NCBI GenBank assembly: GCA_012798315.1
Contig: JAAZNL010000004.1
Coordinates: 1-62,279, forward strand
Origin: a candidate division WWE3 bacterium
GTDB lineage: Bacteria > Patescibacteriota > WWE3 > UBA101185 > UBA10185
Direction: 5' to 3'
Length of the DNA stretch: 62,279 nucleotides
Both the position numbers and the translations under genes were made by a program. The notes beneath the pieces were generated by a model. The model was not told the DNA's origin. It made no database searches and was given only the letters and a program-made list of their open reading frames with translations. Of this stretch, positions 59,249 to 62,279 are shown piece after piece (within the stretch, counting starts at the first letter, position 1; the number at the start of each line of letters is the position of its first letter).

Positions 59249-61681
59249 ATGTATTCAGAGCAGTCGGGTTCTAGCACCCAGATAACGAAGCTTGTAAAAA
59301 ATACAGATATCAAATTTTCAGATAATGCCCGCGTAATCTTAGAAAAGCGATATTTACTTAAAGATTCCACAGGTAAAACGGCTGAAACTCCCGAGCAAAT
59401 GTTTGACCGTATAGCGAATGTAGTTGCTGAACCTGACAGACCCTATCGGGATGTAGAAGTTACTAAAATCGAATTTTTTAATTTATTATCTACTAAAAAG
59501 TTTTTTCCGAATTCACCTACTTTTACGGGTGCAGGGACTCCTCTAGGTCAATTAGCTGCGTGTTTTGTATTGCCTATTTCAGACGATTTAGGCAGGGAGC
59601 GTTCCAGTATTTTTGAAACGCTTAGGGTTGCCGCTTTAATTCAACAAACCGGTGGTGGAAACGGATTTTCTTTTTCTTCCTTACGACCTAAAGGTACTCT
59701 TGTAGCAAAAAGCCGAGGTAAAGCCACAGGTCCTGTAGGTTTTCTGCAGGTTTACGATGCTGCATTTGGAGAAGTAGCTCAAGGTGGCGTTCGAAGAGGA
59801 GCAAACATGGGAGTTTTGAGTGTTGAACATCCTGATATTAGAGACTTTATCAAATGTAAATCGCAGGAAGGCAAGGTAGCCAATTTTAATATCTCAGTTG
59901 CGATCACTGACAAATTTATGGAGGCTGTTAAAAAAGACGAAACTTACGATTTAATTGATCCCCACTCAGGTCAGGTAGTTGAATCACCGCGGGCACGCGA
60001 AATATTTAATATGATAGTTGACTATGCGTACAAAAACGGCGAGCCCGGAGTACTTTTTATTGACGCAGCTAATAGGTCCAATCCGGTACCGCATTTGTAC
60101 ACATTAGAGGCAACTAATCCTTGTGGCGAGCAATGGCTTGGCCCTTACGAAAACTGCTGTTTGGGTTCTATTAATCTTGGTCAACACGTAGATGTAAATG
60201 GTCTGCTGGACTGGGAAGCCTTGAAAGAAAGCACAATTTTATCTACCAGATTTTTAGATAACGTAGTTACAGCTAATCGATATGTACCCGAAGTTCCGGA
60301 ACTACGGGAATCTGCCGAGAACCCCCGCAGAATCGGCCTTGGGATTATGGGTTTAGCCGACCTTATGTACTCAATGAATATAAGGTACGGGAGTCCTATG
60401 GGACAGGAATTTGCCGCACAGGTTATGGAATTTATCCGATTTTACTCGATGAAGACTTCAATTGAGTTAGCTAAGGAAAGAGGGCCTTTTCTGAAAATTA
60501 AAAACAGCATTTACGATCCTGAAAACCTAAAATGGACGCCCCCGCAGCCGTTAAAACAATTTAAACACGACTTTGGAAGACCGTTAATAAACTGGGATGA
60601 GATAGTTTTAGGTATTAAAACTTATGGAATTAGAAATGCAGCACAAACTACGGTAGCTCCAACTGGAACTATTTCAACGGTGGCGGGCATAGAGGGTTAC
60701 GGTTGCGAGCCAGTGTTTGCTTTAGCTTATACCAGAAATGTTTATCAGGCGGCAGGAGATGAAAATAAACTTACATTAACTTACGTAAGCCCTTTGTTCC
60801 AGCAAGCTATTGATTCACTAGATTTAGATCCGGATGCAAAACGAAATATTATCGACGAGGTGGTAAGAAGTGGTTCATGCCAGGGAATAGCGGAATTACC
60901 TCAGTATATAAAAGATGTTTTTGTTGTTTCAGCCGATATAACGCCGGAAGAACATATACACATGCAAACATCAATTCAGGCATTTGTAGATAATTCTATT
61001 TCAAAAACCTGTAACTTTCCTGAAACTGCAACCAAAGAAGATGTGGCAAAAGTCTACCAAATGGGGTGGGAACTCGGTGCTAAGGGACTGACTGTTTATG
61101 TTGCGGGCAGCCGGTCGGAAGTTGTATTGGAAACCGCAGAGACTAAGAACAAAAAAGAAAGTCCTCAGGCTATGGAAGAGACCTATAAACATGAGCGAGG
61201 TTACAAACTCTCCGGATCCACATATAAACTCCAGACCCCACAGGGAAAAGCCTTTATTACAGTTAATAAAGATGATCAGGAACGTCCGGTAGAGGTGTTC
61301 GTTAATGTGGGTAAAGCCGGAACGGATGTAGCCGCTTTGTCAGAAGCATTGGGGCGTTTGATTTCAGGTTGGTTAACGGTTTCAAGGGATTCCACACGAA
61401 CGGCAAAAGAGATTGTATCCCAACTTGTCGGAATAGGTGGCGCAAAATCCGTTGGATTTGGAAAAAATAGAGTTAGTTCAATACCCGATGCCGTCGCTAA
61501 AGTAATAGCCGAAGATCTTGGTATAGAAGTGAGAACAAACGGTTCAAATCACATTGAAGAAGAGAAAAAGGAGATTACGGTCTTTTCCTACACTGATATG
61601 TGCCCTGAATGTGGCAACTCCACTTTGGTACAAGAAGAGGGTTGTATGAAATGCTACAACTGCGGATATAGCGCATGCTAG
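59249..61681 (+). CDS. nrdJ: Class II adenosylcobalamin-dependent ribonucleotide reductase with C-terminal TSCPD/Zn-ribbon
   Basis: PNSPT, ACFV, RRGANM, TNPCGEQ, APTGT, SISKTCN and CPEC...CYNC motifs; followed by pduO. Confidence 0.92.
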   Translation: MYSEQSGSSTQITKLVKNTDIKFSDNARVILEKRYLLKDSTGKTAETPEQMFDRIANVVAEPDRPYRDVEVTKIEFFNLLSTKKFFPNSPTFTGAGTPLGQLAACFVLPISDDLGRERSSIFETLRVAALIQQTGGGNGFSFSSLRPKGTLVAKSRGKATGPVGFLQVYDAAFGEVAQGGVRRGANMGVLSVEHPDIRDFIKCKSQEGKVANFNISVAITDKFMEAVKKDETYDLIDPHSGQVVESPRAREIFNMIVDYAYKNGEPGVLFIDAANRSNPVPHLYTLEATNPCGEQWLGPYENCCLGSINLGQHVDVNGLLDWEALKESTILSTRFLDNVVTANRYVPEVPELRESAENPRRIGLGIMGLADLMYSMNIRYGSPMGQEFAAQVMEFIRFYSMKTSIELAKERGPFLKIKNSIYDPENLKWTPPQPLKQFKHDFGRPLINWDEIVLGIKTYGIRNAAQTTVAPTGTISTVAGIEGYGCEPVFALAYTRNVYQAAGDENKLTLTYVSPLFQQAIDSLDLDPDAKRNIIDEVVRSGSCQGIAELPQYIKDVFVVSADITPEEHIHMQTSIQAFVDNSISKTCNFPETATKEDVAKVYQMGWELGAKGLTVYVAGSRSEVVLETAETKNKKESPQAMEETYKHERGYKLSGSTYKLQTPQGKAFITVNKDDQERPVEVFVNVGKAGTDVAALSEALGRLISGWLTVSRDSTRTAKEIVSQLVGIGGAKSVGFGKNRVSSIPDAVAKVIAEDLGIEVRTNGSNHIEEEKKEITVFSYTDMCPECGNSTLVQEEGCMKCYNCGYSAC

Positions 61682-61758
61682 ACACGCAGGGTGGTCGATA
61701 ACCACACAACTTCGGGTATTCGGCTTGCTAAATCCAACGTTTTTGTTATAAGTCTTGT

Positions 61759-62279
61759 ATGACCGTTTATACAAAAAAAGGGGATACAGGAAAAACGGGT
61801 ACGCTTAAAGGTATAGGATCAAAAACCGATGCTGTATATGCTGTTTTAGGCACATTAGATGAGTTAAATGCCAGTCTGGGCGTGTTACACCAATCCCGTT
61901 CAACGTTATTAAAAAAACAGGTTATAGAAATACAATCCGATTTATTTATGCTGGGTTCGTGGTTAGCCGGAAGTCCTAAAGCGGAGATTTTCGGAAGACA
62001 TTTAGCAAAAAAAGTAGCCGGCTTTGAGAACTATATTGATGAAATGGACGCTCAAAATAAACCCATTAAGAATTTTATTTTACCGGGTGGAAGCTTTGAG
62101 TCGGGCTTTTTGCATATATCCCGCACGGTTTCCCGAAGACTTGAAAGACAGCTGGTTCTTTATTTTGATAAACACAAGCAGAAAGGCTCAGAAGATATAC
62201 TAAAATACGCAAATAGGCTTTCGGATTATTTGTTTGTGTTAGCCCGCTATTACAATAAAAAAGGTAGGGGCGACATACT
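61759..62279 (+). CDS. pduO: ATP:cob(I)alamin adenosyltransferase, PduO type (runs off the 3' end; absent from the ORF track)
   Basis: Translates MTVYTKKGDTGKT...GTLDELNASLG...IQSDLF...FILPGG...SRTVSRRLER...NRLSDYLF. Confidence 0.92.
   Translation, partial: MTVYTKKGDTGKTGTLKGIGSKTDAVYAVLGTLDELNASLGVLHQSRSTLLKKQVIEIQSDLFMLGSWLAGSPKAEIFGRHLAKKVAGFENYIDEMDAQNKPIKNFILPGGSFESGFLHISRTVSRRLERQLVLYFDKHKQKGSEDILKYANRLSDYLFVLARYYNKKGRGDI

Noticed and set aside
59249..61681. Intein or intron in nrdJ
   Set aside because: Length is normal, motifs are contiguous, and no splice-junction or homing-endonuclease signature is visible
61711..61726. TTCGGGTATTCGG upstream of pduO resembling the LexA site
   Set aside because: Shares 10 nt with the lexA site, but the TTCGG half-sites are 8 bp apart rather than 11
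34..61774. Numerous 60-125 aa ORFs nested in or antisense to long genes
   Set aside because: Shadow ORFs of well-supported genes, with no motifs or expression signals
1..62279. CRISPR arrays, tandem repeat arrays, IS elements, stop-codon reassignment
   Set aside because: None seen by eye; TGA, TAA and TAG all terminate conserved genes at expected positions

Overview
AT-rich bacterial chromosomal segment with no phage, transposase, CRISPR array, rRNA or tRNA visible. Gene content (alpha2-type GlyRS, UvrC without HhH, DUF4012, class II RNR, sparse Shine-Dalgarno signals) suggests a CPR/Patescibacteria organism, possibly WWE3/Microgenomates-like; this is inference. 1-24.4 kb: a surface-glycan locus with AsnB, eight GT-B glycosyltransferases, FkbM, Wzx, a priming sugar transferase, three GT-C-like membrane proteins and an O-antigen-ligase/ArnT fusion. 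24.4-62.3 kb: recO, glyQS, a split dcw cluster (mraZ-rsmH-ftsL-ftsI ... murA-mraY-ftsW-murG-ftsQ-ftsA-ftsZ), a two-component pair, pmm-ppsA-eno-gpmA, lexA-uvrB-uvrA-uvrC, nrdJ and a partial pduO. Main observations: (1) an 11-bp-period direct repeat (TTCGG-N6-TTCGG-like) in the lexA/uvrB and uvrA promoters, also present in the promoter of an unannotated 82-aa ORF divergent from mraZ, a candidate SOS-to-division link; (2) MurA and MraY with substituted catalytic residues while the PBPs and FtsW look intact; (3) a pervasive leaderless promoter architecture; (4) recO apparently starting at ATA; (5) a DnaA box and a long hairpin ahead of nrdJ. All family calls come from motif recognition by eye, not database searches.
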